Virus record (IMG/VR): IMGVR_UViG_3300045988_126465
Coordinates: 8,657-40,656 of that record
Length of the DNA: 32,000 nt
Reading direction: 5' to 3' (one strand)
Source of the DNA: a virus
A model generated the notes under the pieces. The model did no database searches. It was not told the DNA's origin and saw only the letters and a list, made by a program, of their open reading frames with translations. The number at the start of each line of letters is the position of its first letter. Position 1 is the stretch's first letter. The translations under genes were made by a program, and so were the position numbers. This document shows, piece by piece, positions 21,963 to 30,198 of the stretch.

Positions 21963-23552
21963 ATGATTCATTTATTCTTTTCTAGAAAAAAAACAACATA
22001 TGCACAAATGAAAGAACGTAATGGAGATGTGATTTTAAAACATTGTATAAGTGCTAAGGCAGTGTTTGAAAGAAATTCTATTTGGTACGTAGAAATAGAA
22101 TTTCCAAAAAGTGATTTGATGGGTATGGAAATCAGTGATGAGTCCGTGTTTAAAGTGGATATAAATTTTGAAGAACCTCAGTTATATAGAATTGCGTATC
22201 CAAAATACAACAAACAAAGCGATACATATACATGCTATGCAACACATGTGTTCTTTGATTCTCAAAAAGAAGTGTTTGTGTTTGATGATCGTACTATGAG
22301 TGGTACGTGGCAAGATGCAGTGAATACCGCAAATGAGATTATTACAAATTCACGGCCCAATTATCCTTATAAAATTTATGGTCATGGGGAATATGCAAAT
22401 TATACAAATGTTAATGCAGAGGATGAAAAAATCATTTATTTCCGAAATGTTCAGAATAGTGGGTATTGTTTGGACGTTCCAAGCGCAAGTGAAGATGCAT
22501 CTATACAATTACAGACATATCAAAGAAACAGAACATCTGCACAGACTTTCATGTTGAAAAAAGTAGGGTCAGACAAATATGGAGATATATATGGAATTTT
22601 ATCATTATGTTCGTGTAGGTGGCTTAAATTGGATTCAGGAAAGGTTGTGTTAGGAAGTCTTTCCGAAAGCCCTTCAGATAATTCTGAGAAATGGTGGTTC
22701 ATTAAGAGTGGATCTAATTATGAAATTGCACCGTATATAAACATATATTATGGCATCTATACTAGTTCAACGAGTATTGGCAACGGCAACAAAGTAATTG
22801 TTGCTGATAGAGGTACTTCCGAAGTTGGAAATGCGTGTAAATGGATGATTGAAGATGTGGATTCTACACAAACGGCATATTGGGTTCGATATAATCTGAT
22901 TCAATGTTTGTTTGGCACAGAAGAAAATTCTATGATGAACAGATGGCCCGAATGTGAAAATAACAGATATGTTGCGATGTTCAACAATTATGACTGTTAT
23001 TTTGGAAATCAAGATTACTATGCTTCCAATTTGAAGCCAAATGGTTTCTTTATAAGTAATAAAGAAATGTCTGAATACACAAAAAAGAAGTCAATGGAAA
23101 ATGTAGTTACAGGAATCATACCGAAAGCGTACAATGGACGACTTCTACCGAATAACGAGATCGTTAAGGCTAGTAATTGGGATACAGATGAAATTCATAG
23201 AATTGATGTAAAAGAATATTCCGATATCAAATTGATTGCGGATGATTCACAAGCAAAGAAAACAACACTGGGCGTATTTACAAATGAAGTGAACCTAAGA
23301 AACTATCTTAGAATACAAGCTAAAAAATCTTTAGAAAAAGAGTTACAAGAACCTAATACAGAAACGTCTGTTAAATTTGAAGAATTATTTCCATACAATG
23401 TGCCGAATGCACAGACGTTAAAAATAAATGATTCAATTTTTGTAGAGACTGATTTTGGAAAACGAGAAAGGTTTTATTTAAACAAATTGACCTATAACTT
23501 GATTACGGAACGACCTGAAGATTTAGACCTTGTATTAGAAAGTGAGGTATAA
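21963..23552 (+). CDS. tail-associated protein (Tal-like) with inserted ricin-type beta-trefoil lectin domain
   Basis: 529 aa, the second gene after the tape-measure gene. The internal segment GYCLDVPSASEDASIQLQTYQRNRTSAQTF ... EKWWF ... ACKWMI resembles three QxW-type repeats. Confidence 0.6.
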   Translation: MIHLFFSRKKTTYAQMKERNGDVILKHCISAKAVFERNSIWYVEIEFPKSDLMGMEISDESVFKVDINFEEPQLYRIAYPKYNKQSDTYTCYATHVFFDSQKEVFVFDDRTMSGTWQDAVNTANEIITNSRPNYPYKIYGHGEYANYTNVNAEDEKIIYFRNVQNSGYCLDVPSASEDASIQLQTYQRNRTSAQTFMLKKVGSDKYGDIYGILSLCSCRWLKLDSGKVVLGSLSESPSDNSEKWWFIKSGSNYEIAPYINIYYGIYTSSTSIGNGNKVIVADRGTSEVGNACKWMIEDVDSTQTAYWVRYNLIQCLFGTEENSMMNRWPECENNRYVAMFNNYDCYFGNQDYYASNLKPNGFFISNKEMSEYTKKKSMENVVTGIIPKAYNGRLLPNNEIVKASNWDTDEIHRIDVKEYSDIKLIADDSQAKKTTLGVFTNEVNLRNYLRIQAKKSLEKELQEPNTETSVKFEELFPYNVPNAQTLKINDSIFVETDFGKRERFYLNKLTYNLITERPEDLDLVLESEV

Positions 23553-23553
23553 C

Positions 23554-24150
23554 ATGGCAATTGTGTACAATGATTTAACCGTTAGTTTAACGAAGCCAAA
23601 CGACAACTTGATTGTTGAAATGGTAAGAGCTGATTCGGGGCGAGGATTAAGAATTTTTGTAAGTGATGATGTGATTACTAGTAATAGCTCAAATGCTGAT
23701 GAATCTTTGCATGCGATTTTATGGACTAAAAAGCCGAGTGGATTAATGGTTAGCATTGGCTCTACATCTGTATCAAGGTTTGAAAACTCAAATGCATACG
23801 AAATTGAATTTTCAGATACAGAAGCTTTTCAAAATATTTTGGCCGAATTAGGGATTTGTGAATGCCAGGTGACATTAGAATCTAGTGGAACGTTTGTCAC
23901 TACTTTTAATTTTAAAATTAAGGTTGTTGATAATCTTGCAGCGCAGGAATCGTTAGAATCGACTGAAGAATACAAATCTATGATGGAATTGGTTGCGAAA
24001 GCAAATGCATATAAAAATGAATTAGAAAATTATGTGGCTCAATTTAAAAATCAACTGAAATTAACAGTTAATGTTAGATATGGTACTTCAGACCCTGTTG
24101 TACAAGATGGTGATAAAGCTGGAGATATCTATATCAAATATGAGGAGTAG
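23554..24150 (+). CDS. baseplate protein with BppU-like N-terminal Ig domain
   Basis: The ATG at 23554 follows GTGAGGT. VRADSGRGLRIFV ... GICECQVTLESSGTFVTTFNFKIKV resembles the BppU_N signature (QGDxxSR.l.f.l ... F.f.V). Confidence 0.5.
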   Translation: MAIVYNDLTVSLTKPNDNLIVEMVRADSGRGLRIFVSDDVITSNSSNADESLHAILWTKKPSGLMVSIGSTSVSRFENSNAYEIEFSDTEAFQNILAELGICECQVTLESSGTFVTTFNFKIKVVDNLAAQESLESTEEYKSMMELVAKANAYKNELENYVAQFKNQLKLTVNVRYGTSDPVVQDGDKAGDIYIKYEE

Positions 24151-24153
24151 TGT

Positions 24154-25200
24154 ATGACTGTTTTAGCAACATTACCATATAATCAGTATTTAATACTTAC
24201 GTTTGAATCTTACAATGAGCGATATGAAGGTTCATATCCGAATTTAAAATTTAAAGCGGATGTAAGGTTTAAATATACCGGAAACTTCAAAATCCAAGCA
24301 ACCAATGTTGTTACGCTTGGAGGACTTTCTAAAACTATTTCAAGATGGGATTTAAATTATATCCAGGATTCAGGATGGTATTATCTAGGACAAATAAATG
24401 AACCTATGTATTGCAATAGGCAACGGTCTTTTGAATGGGGTGCAAGTTGTCAAGGATGGCCTAATTTATCAGGAATAGCAAGATTGACTACACCTGAGAT
24501 TGATTTGCCAACGTATGAAGCAGAGATATCAGATATTAATAGTACCTCAATTTCTATTTATGGAAGGCTAAAAACAAATCCTTATAATTTGTATACTTTG
24601 CGTATTTATTCAAAAGCAACGCAAAAATTTATTTTGGATAGATTAAACGGAACACATATTGTAAGCGAATTGAAAGGTTCGACAAGTTATGAATTTCATA
24701 TTGAACCATTTATGACCGACTGTTCGGGATCGTATTTACTTCAAACAGTCTTAGAAGCAACGACATTGGAAGACTATAAAAAAATATCTGTTACGAGTGT
24801 AGATGTAACTATATCTCATATTGATGATAAGTATGATAAAGCAGTGTGCGTTGCACATACAACGGATGATGCACATGTTACAAAGAGTCATTGGGATTAT
24901 GATGGTATGGGAAGTGATTTAACTTCAGATAATCTTACAAAGGAATTTAAAGTTCCGAATGGGAATGAGCGTAGAATGCTTGTTTATGTAACAGATACTT
25001 TAGGAAGAACGAGTGATTGGTTTTACTTTTTTATCATTGCATCTGCATCTTTTAGAGAAGTATGGGTGTTTGATGGAAATAATTGGAAAAAAGGAAAATC
25101 ACTTGTTTTGAGTAGTGATGGAAAAACATTTGAGAAATGTAGACTTTATTGTGATACAGGACTCGAATGGAAAGGTGCAAAAAGATACGGAGAGGATTAA
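24154..25200 (+). CDS. tail/baseplate structural protein
   Basis: 348-aa ORF in the baseplate module. A central FN3-like segment (SISIYGRLKTNPYNLYTLRIYS...STSYEFHIEP) is inferred. Confidence 0.45.
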   Translation: MTVLATLPYNQYLILTFESYNERYEGSYPNLKFKADVRFKYTGNFKIQATNVVTLGGLSKTISRWDLNYIQDSGWYYLGQINEPMYCNRQRSFEWGASCQGWPNLSGIARLTTPEIDLPTYEAEISDINSTSISIYGRLKTNPYNLYTLRIYSKATQKFILDRLNGTHIVSELKGSTSYEFHIEPFMTDCSGSYLLQTVLEATTLEDYKKISVTSVDVTISHIDDKYDKAVCVAHTTDDAHVTKSHWDYDGMGSDLTSDNLTKEFKVPNGNERRMLVYVTDTLGRTSDWFYFFIIASASFREVWVFDGNNWKKGKSLVLSSDGKTFEKCRLYCDTGLEWKGAKRYGED

Positions 25201-25202
25201 AA

Positions 25203-25496
25203 ATGGAAATTAAAAGAGATCATATTTTCATAAATCAAGGAGATACCATCTATACAGATATTTTAATTAAGTATAAGAATGGACAAGTATTTATTCCTGG
25301 TAAGGATGATTCTTTAGAATTCATTATTTATAAAGATGGCAAAGAATATATCAGAATTCCTATTGATGAATCTTTGAAGGTGATTTGCCAAACGGATGAA
25401 CTTTCTGTTGGTGTTTATAATTGGATGGTTCGTATTGATGTAAATGGAATTAAAGAAACGCCATTAAAAGGAATTCTTCAAGTGAAAGGAGTTTAG
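25203..25496 (+). CDS. small structural protein (Ig-like)
   Basis: The ATG at 25203 follows GGAGAGG. About 97 aa and beta-rich. Confidence 0.45.
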   Translation: MEIKRDHIFINQGDTIYTDILIKYKNGQVFIPGKDDSLEFIIYKDGKEYIRIPIDESLKVICQTDELSVGVYNWMVRIDVNGIKETPLKGILQVKGV

Positions 25497-25498
25497 AT

Positions 25499-27397
25499 AT
25501 GGATGGATTGAAAGCAAGACTAAGTTTTGATGCGGTTGCTTATGATTATGATGACGAATATCTTACGATTGATACAGATACACATATAATTAATATTAAT
25601 AATGTTTCTCGTCTGTTTGGAGTGCAATATGATGGAAATTCTAAACTAATTAAATTTAGAATCAGTAACAAATTATCTGATATTCAAAAAATGCAAGATT
25701 CAATTGTATATATAAATTGGATTGATTCAAAAGGAGTGAAAGGTCAGTCCATTGCGATTGACAAAACAATTAGTAATGATATTTGTGAATTTGCATGGAA
25801 AGTACCATTTGATGCTTTGAAAAACTCAGGAGTTTTGCATTTTGTGATGAGTGCTGTAATTACTGAAAATAATTCAAGCGTGATTAATCAAAAATGGTCT
25901 ACACAAATTGCTTCAGTAACTACACCTGATGGAATTTATATTAAATCGTATACTCCTAGCAGTGAAGAAGAAGATAGAATTGCACAAATTTATAACGAAT
26001 TAACAAAGATGATAAATACACAAAGTGAAAATTTGCAAGCACAAGTTAATTCACTAAATGAGGATTTAGTTAAGCAAGGTGAAAATTTAGGTCTTGAAAA
26101 AGTAATTGGCACTTCTTTAAAATCATGGTATCAAGATGACTATCCAGTGACGGACATGAATAATGACTGGATATATACAGTTGGTGATTTTGCTCAAATT
26201 AATTCCAATGTAAAGAATGTAAATATGGATGTGTATTCAAACGGAGGTACTGGCACAATATTCATTACAGATGATAAATGGATTAATAGATATGTTCAAA
26301 CATATACATTTGTTAAAGGAATTAACCATATAGAAATTCCAGTCGAATCGCTTGCTAGTAAATATCCATTTATGAAAATAAGCTTATATTCTGATACCCC
26401 CGGAGCGTTTACAACACAAACATATGTAGATACATTGTTTCCGAATGGGGCAGTAGAAACATTTTACTCCAAATTTAACACAAAAGAATTAAATACTTAC
26501 ATGACTTTAGCACCATATCCTACATATTGGGATGGTAATATTAATGGGGTTAAGAATTATCCTTGTATTGATATTTATTTCGAGGAGAGAATAGAAAAAA
26601 GAAAAAAAGGGTTAATTATTGTGGCAAAAGATGGTACTGGAGATTATACTTCAATTAATGAAGCTGTTAGAAATGCTGGAGATATAAATAGTCCTACCAC
26701 AATACTACTAAGGGAAGGTATATACGATGAAGTTGTGTATTTAAAAAATAAGCACAATATATCTATTGTAGGTATTAATCGAGATCAGTGTATTATTATC
26801 AATAGAGATGGACAATATGGTAGTACGCCAGTAATGATAAATGGTAATTTTGAGTTAAGAAACTTAACTATTAAAATGACTGAAAAAGGTTTTTATCCAG
26901 AATATACAGATAATGTATTTACTACATATCCCGGTTATGCATTGCACATTGATAGTAATTCTAAAAATAAAGATGAGCAAACGATTGGTAGAGTTTCAAA
27001 TTGTGTTTTGTATAGTGAAGCATTTCCAGCAGTTGGCATGGGTGTTAATGAAAATCAAAAAGTTATTTTTGATAATTGCGAACTGATTAGAAATACAAAT
27101 AAGGAATATTTTAAAAAAGATAACTGGAAAGGTGCAATTTTATGTCATTCCTCAAACTATCAAAATGCGCCTAACCAAAAGTTAATAATGAAAGATTGTG
27201 TTATAAAATCTAACTATGGAAAAAGCGGACAAATTAGAGGTAATTTAGGTGATTCAAAATCATTTGAAGTTACAATGATAAACAACACTTGCTATTCTGA
27301 AGTAGAAGGATTTAATTCTTTTGAATATGAAAAAGGAGAAAGCACACTTAATGCAATTTCGCATGGAAACACTAGTACAAATTTAAATGCTAGTTAA
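25499..27397 (+). CDS. receptor-binding/tail-fibre protein: BppU-like N-terminus plus C-terminal right-handed beta-helix (pectin-lyase fold, pectinesterase-like start)
   Basis: 632 aa. The N-terminus DTHIININNVSRLFGVQYDGNSKLIKFRI is BppU-like. A central coiled coil follows. The C-terminal segment IIVAKDGTGDYTSINEAVRNAGD...ILLREGIYDEVVYL matches the N-terminal signature of CE8 pectinesterase and beta-helix proteins. Confidence 0.6.
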   Translation: MDGLKARLSFDAVAYDYDDEYLTIDTDTHIININNVSRLFGVQYDGNSKLIKFRISNKLSDIQKMQDSIVYINWIDSKGVKGQSIAIDKTISNDICEFAWKVPFDALKNSGVLHFVMSAVITENNSSVINQKWSTQIASVTTPDGIYIKSYTPSSEEEDRIAQIYNELTKMINTQSENLQAQVNSLNEDLVKQGENLGLEKVIGTSLKSWYQDDYPVTDMNNDWIYTVGDFAQINSNVKNVNMDVYSNGGTGTIFITDDKWINRYVQTYTFVKGINHIEIPVESLASKYPFMKISLYSDTPGAFTTQTYVDTLFPNGAVETFYSKFNTKELNTYMTLAPYPTYWDGNINGVKNYPCIDIYFEERIEKRKKGLIIVAKDGTGDYTSINEAVRNAGDINSPTTILLREGIYDEVVYLKNKHNISIVGINRDQCIIINRDGQYGSTPVMINGNFELRNLTIKMTEKGFYPEYTDNVFTTYPGYALHIDSNSKNKDEQTIGRVSNCVLYSEAFPAVGMGVNENQKVIFDNCELIRNTNKEYFKKDNWKGAILCHSSNYQNAPNQKLIMKDCVIKSNYGKSGQIRGNLGDSKSFEVTMINNTCYSEVEGFNSFEYEKGESTLNAISHGNTSTNLNAS

Positions 27398-27480
27398 CTA
27401 AATAAAACTTTTAATTAACTAAATAAGGTTTAGTGAATTATTGTATTTAAATAAAATTAAAACTTGAAAGGAAAACTAAT

Positions 27481-27774
27481 ATGAGTGGTGAATATCTTAG
27501 CGTTATTATTTCTGCATGCATGCTTGTAATTGCATTTATTACGTATAATCGTGGCACACGAAAGATGGATGGAGAGCAAATATCCAATATGGCATTTTTG
27601 AAGAATGAATTAGAACATATTAAATCGGATTTAGGTGATATTAAAGATTCAATTTCAGAAATAAAAAAAGGAAGCAATTCAATGGAAGTGGAGCTTTCAG
27701 AACTAAAACAACAAATAAAAACTTTGTTTAATCGTGTAGAAGCGTTGGAGGAACGTAATAAAAATGGATATTAA
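27481..27774 (+). CDS. N-terminally anchored coiled-coil membrane protein (BhlA/UviB- or XhlA-like)
   Basis: 97 aa with a TM helix (LSVIISACMLVIAFITY) followed by heptad-like coiled coil. It sits in the tail-fibre/lysis interval where such proteins occur in Firmicute phages. Confidence 0.45.
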   Translation: MSGEYLSVIISACMLVIAFITYNRGTRKMDGEQISNMAFLKNELEHIKSDLGDIKDSISEIKKGSNSMEVELSELKQQIKTLFNRVEALEERNKNGY

Positions 27775-27997
27775 AGATGCAAACAAGAAACTTCAAAATG
27801 TAGAAGAAAAAGTAGATAACATTTATGGTTTTTGCTCAAAATTAATTGATAGAAACTATAAAACAAGTAGAACGATTATTACGATTTTAATCCTTGTAAT
27901 TATTGTTCTTTATTCTACTATTGTTTGTCGTGTTTATTGGAAAGATGATCATGTGAATAATTGTTCTTGCAAAGCTAATTCAAACCAACGAATTTAA
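27764..27997 (+). CDS. small single-pass membrane protein
   Basis: 77 aa with a GAGGAA RBS and the TM helix IITILILVIIVLYSTIV. Confidence 0.5.
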   Translation: MDIKDANKKLQNVEEKVDNIYGFCSKLIDRNYKTSRTIITILILVIIVLYSTIVCRVYWKDDHVNNCSCKANSNQRI

Positions 27998-28005
27998 TTA
28001 AGGCG

Positions 28006-28239
28006 GTGGTTTATATTAACAAAGCTAACAGATTAAAAGAAATACGTCCTAATGATGCATTAATACTTATCAAATCTGTTGGATTAAGAAAGAAATATGA
28101 ACAGGTTTTGATTATGAGATACGTGTATGATATGTCATGCACGGAAATTGCAGATGCATTATGTGTGGAAGTACAAACCATAAGGAACAGAGTATGCAAA
28201 GCAAGAAAAATGTTCGATAAATATGTGAGCAATCTATAA
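28006..28239 (+). CDS. sigma-70 region-4-only HTH protein
   Basis: KKYEQVLIMRYVYDMSCTEIADALCVEVQTIRNRVCKARKMF matches the ECF/sigma-70 region 4 pattern (R.v..l.....s..EIA..l....gTV..r..rAr..l). The exact start is uncertain because the GTG at 28006 is too close to AAGG. Confidence 0.5.
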   Translation: MVYINKANRLKEIRPNDALILIKSVGLRKKYEQVLIMRYVYDMSCTEIADALCVEVQTIRNRVCKARKMFDKYVSNL

Positions 28240-28258
28240 TGGTTGCTCATTTTATTTT
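28226..28258 (+). terminator. intrinsic terminator
   Basis: TGAGCAA (28226-28232) pairs with TTGCTCA (28243-28249) and is followed by TTTTATTTT. Confidence 0.65.
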
Positions 28259-28337
28259 AGGTATTTTATGAGTATTATTCGAGTATTAAATTATTTGTTG
28301 CGTAACCATATAATTAAAGCGTAAAGAGGTGGTTGAA

Positions 28338-28778
28338 ATGTATAACAATTATAATCCAGCACAAGCACGAATTGACAGTTTGATGCAGCAAAGACAAATG
28401 ATAGATCAACAAATTCAGCAAGTACAACAGTATGCAAATATTCCACCTATCAACATTAATAATCAGATTACACCACAACAACAAGGTAATTTTGATTTTA
28501 ATGGAAAATGGGTGAACGATGAGCAGGAAGCTAGAAACTTTGCGAATGCAAATTTACCAACGATTTTATTTGATAACAATAAATCTATTTTTTATATGAA
28601 ATCTTTAGATGGAACATTTAAAAAATTTAAATTTGAAGAAATCACGGAAGATACTTCTAACAGTATCGAAAATCGTGTAAATGGAATCGAAAAGAAATTA
28701 GATGATTTGATATGTGCATTAAGCAAACCACCAAAACAAGCTAATGAGCAACCAAAGAAAGGAGCACAAACAAAATGA
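28338..28778 (+). CDS. Gln-rich hypothetical protein
   Basis: The ATG at 28338 follows AGAGGTGG. The N-terminal half is Q/N-rich (LMQQRQMIDQQIQQVQQYANIPPININNQITPQQQ). Confidence 0.6.
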   Translation: MYNNYNPAQARIDSLMQQRQMIDQQIQQVQQYANIPPININNQITPQQQGNFDFNGKWVNDEQEARNFANANLPTILFDNNKSIFYMKSLDGTFKKFKFEEITEDTSNSIENRVNGIEKKLDDLICALSKPPKQANEQPKKGAQTK

Positions 28779-29017
28779 ATCCTTTAAAAAGTATTATGGG
28801 TAATATGAATCCAATGAATATGATGAATATGGGGAATCCCCAACAAATGTTAATGAATATGCTATCACAGAAAAATCCACAAGCATTTCAACAATTTCAA
28901 ATGCTTATGAACAGTGGTCAAAATCCACAAATGATTTTAAATCAGATGATGGGTAATTTAAATCCACAACAAAAGCAACAACTTCAACAAATGGCAAAAC
29001 AGTTTGGAATCAGGTAA
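28775..29017 (+). CDS. Met/Gln/Asn-rich NPQ-repeat protein
   Basis: 80 aa with an ATGA overlap with the upstream gene. It has 16 Met and six NP dipeptides in repeats of the type NPQQMLMNML / NPQMILNQMM. Confidence 0.6.
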   Translation: MNPLKSIMGNMNPMNMMNMGNPQQMLMNMLSQKNPQAFQQFQMLMNSGQNPQMILNQMMGNLNPQQKQQLQQMAKQFGIR

Positions 29018-29058
29018 CAACGGATAAACCGTTATTATAGAAAGAAAGGAGAACATAT

Positions 29059-29682
29059 ATGATGGAAAATGGAATGGGAATTCAACCAACTTACAACTTA
29101 GCTGAAAGAGATGACGGCTTTGGAAACGGTGGAGGTTGGTGGATTTGGATCTTGCTAATCTTCGTATTATTTGGATATGGAGGATATGGAAATGGAAACC
29201 TAACAAATGATTCTTTATTAAATGAAGAATTCATTAAACGAGACATTTTTAACACAAACACAAATGTATCTCAAACAGGTTGTCAAACTCAACGTGATGT
29301 ATTAGAAAGTCGCTATACTAATCAGTTAGGACTTCAAAACTTGCAAGCTCAGCAACAAGAATGCTGCTGCAACACTCAAAGAGCAATTGACAATGTAAAT
29401 GCTCAAAGTTTCAAAAATACTTGTGACATTACAACAGCAATTCATTCAGAAGGTGAAGCAACACGTGCGTTGATCAATGCAAACACTATGCAAGAATTAC
29501 GTGATCGTTTAGCTGATCGTGACCGTGATTTATTGACGGCTAATTTCCAATTAAGTCAACAGGCACAATCAGCAAACATTATTAATACTTTGCAACCAAC
29601 ACCAAAACCAGCTTACATTACATGTTCACCATATTACGCTTATAACAACGGATGTGGATGTAATGGCTACAACAACTTATAA
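29059..29682 (+). CDS. Gly-rich TM / Cys-rich protein
   Basis: AAGGAG RBS. It has GNGGGWWIWILLIFVLFGYGGYGNGN (a TM helix flanked by Gly runs) and Cys clusters QQQECCCNTQ and NNGCGCNGYNNL. Confidence 0.6.
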   Translation: MMENGMGIQPTYNLAERDDGFGNGGGWWIWILLIFVLFGYGGYGNGNLTNDSLLNEEFIKRDIFNTNTNVSQTGCQTQRDVLESRYTNQLGLQNLQAQQQECCCNTQRAIDNVNAQSFKNTCDITTAIHSEGEATRALINANTMQELRDRLADRDRDLLTANFQLSQQAQSANIINTLQPTPKPAYITCSPYYAYNNGCGCNGYNNL

Positions 29683-29723
29683 TCTAGCACATATGTGATT
29701 AGGCAATTGCCTTTGGATTTAAT

Positions 29724-29751
29724 GGGATAGTCGAAAGGCTATCCCTATTTT
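29724..29751 (+). terminator. intrinsic terminator
   Basis: GGGATAG-tcgaaagg-CTATCCC followed by TATTTT. Confidence 0.6.
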
Positions 29752-29769
29752 AATAGGAGGATAAAAGAA

Positions 29770-30189
29770 ATGATTAATAGTATTGCTACGGCTGTTCAGA
29801 CAGTCGATAATTCAAATAATGTTTTGTTTCCTACAGATCGTGTAAGATCAAAATCATGCCAGTGTCCATGTAAAGGTTGGCTTGCTCATGATCTAGGAAG
29901 TGGATTGTTTACACTAACAAAGCCAGGCATATATGAAGTAACTTATACTGCGGATATTACGAGTGCAGTGGCAGGACAAGCTTCTTTAGTGCTTGAACTA
30001 AACGGAGAAGCAATTGGTGGAACACAATCTATTTATACTGTTGCAACTGCAAGTGCATACGGAAATGTGAGTGGAGACACTCTAATTCAAGTTCCATGTG
30101 GTGCATCTTATACAATTGCATTAGCAAATAACAGTGGTTTAGACTTAACTGTTCAAAATGCAAACATTATCATTAAAAAGATTGCGTAG
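29770..30189 (+). CDS. stand-alone TNF/C1q-like jelly-roll protein (BclA-CTD / BxpB / Ena-like pattern) with N-terminal CxCxC
   Basis: AGGAGG RBS. The pattern LFTLTKPGIYEVTYTADITS...SLVLELNGEAIGG...GNVSGDTLIQVPCGASYTIALANNS...VQNANIIIKKI is like exosporium BclA C-terminal domain and BxpB proteins. The N-terminal region carries SCQCPC. This is a motif-level call only. Confidence 0.45.
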   Translation: MINSIATAVQTVDNSNNVLFPTDRVRSKSCQCPCKGWLAHDLGSGLFTLTKPGIYEVTYTADITSAVAGQASLVLELNGEAIGGTQSIYTVATASAYGNVSGDTLIQVPCGASYTIALANNSGLDLTVQNANIIIKKIA

Positions 30190-30198
30190 GTGAAAAAT

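Noticed and set aside
26612-27397. Calling the RBP C-terminus an active pectin methylesterase
   Set aside because: Only the N-terminal signature (DGTGDY...GIYDE) is recognisable, and I could not find the catalytic QDT or DFIFG motifs. I therefore describe it only as a pectinesterase-like beta-helix.
27394-27426. 12-nt direct repeat TTAACTAAATAA (27394-27405 and 27415-27426) after the receptor-binding gene
   Set aside because: The sequence is very AT-rich and of low complexity, made of stop-codon-like words. Chance duplication is plausible and there is no associated structure.
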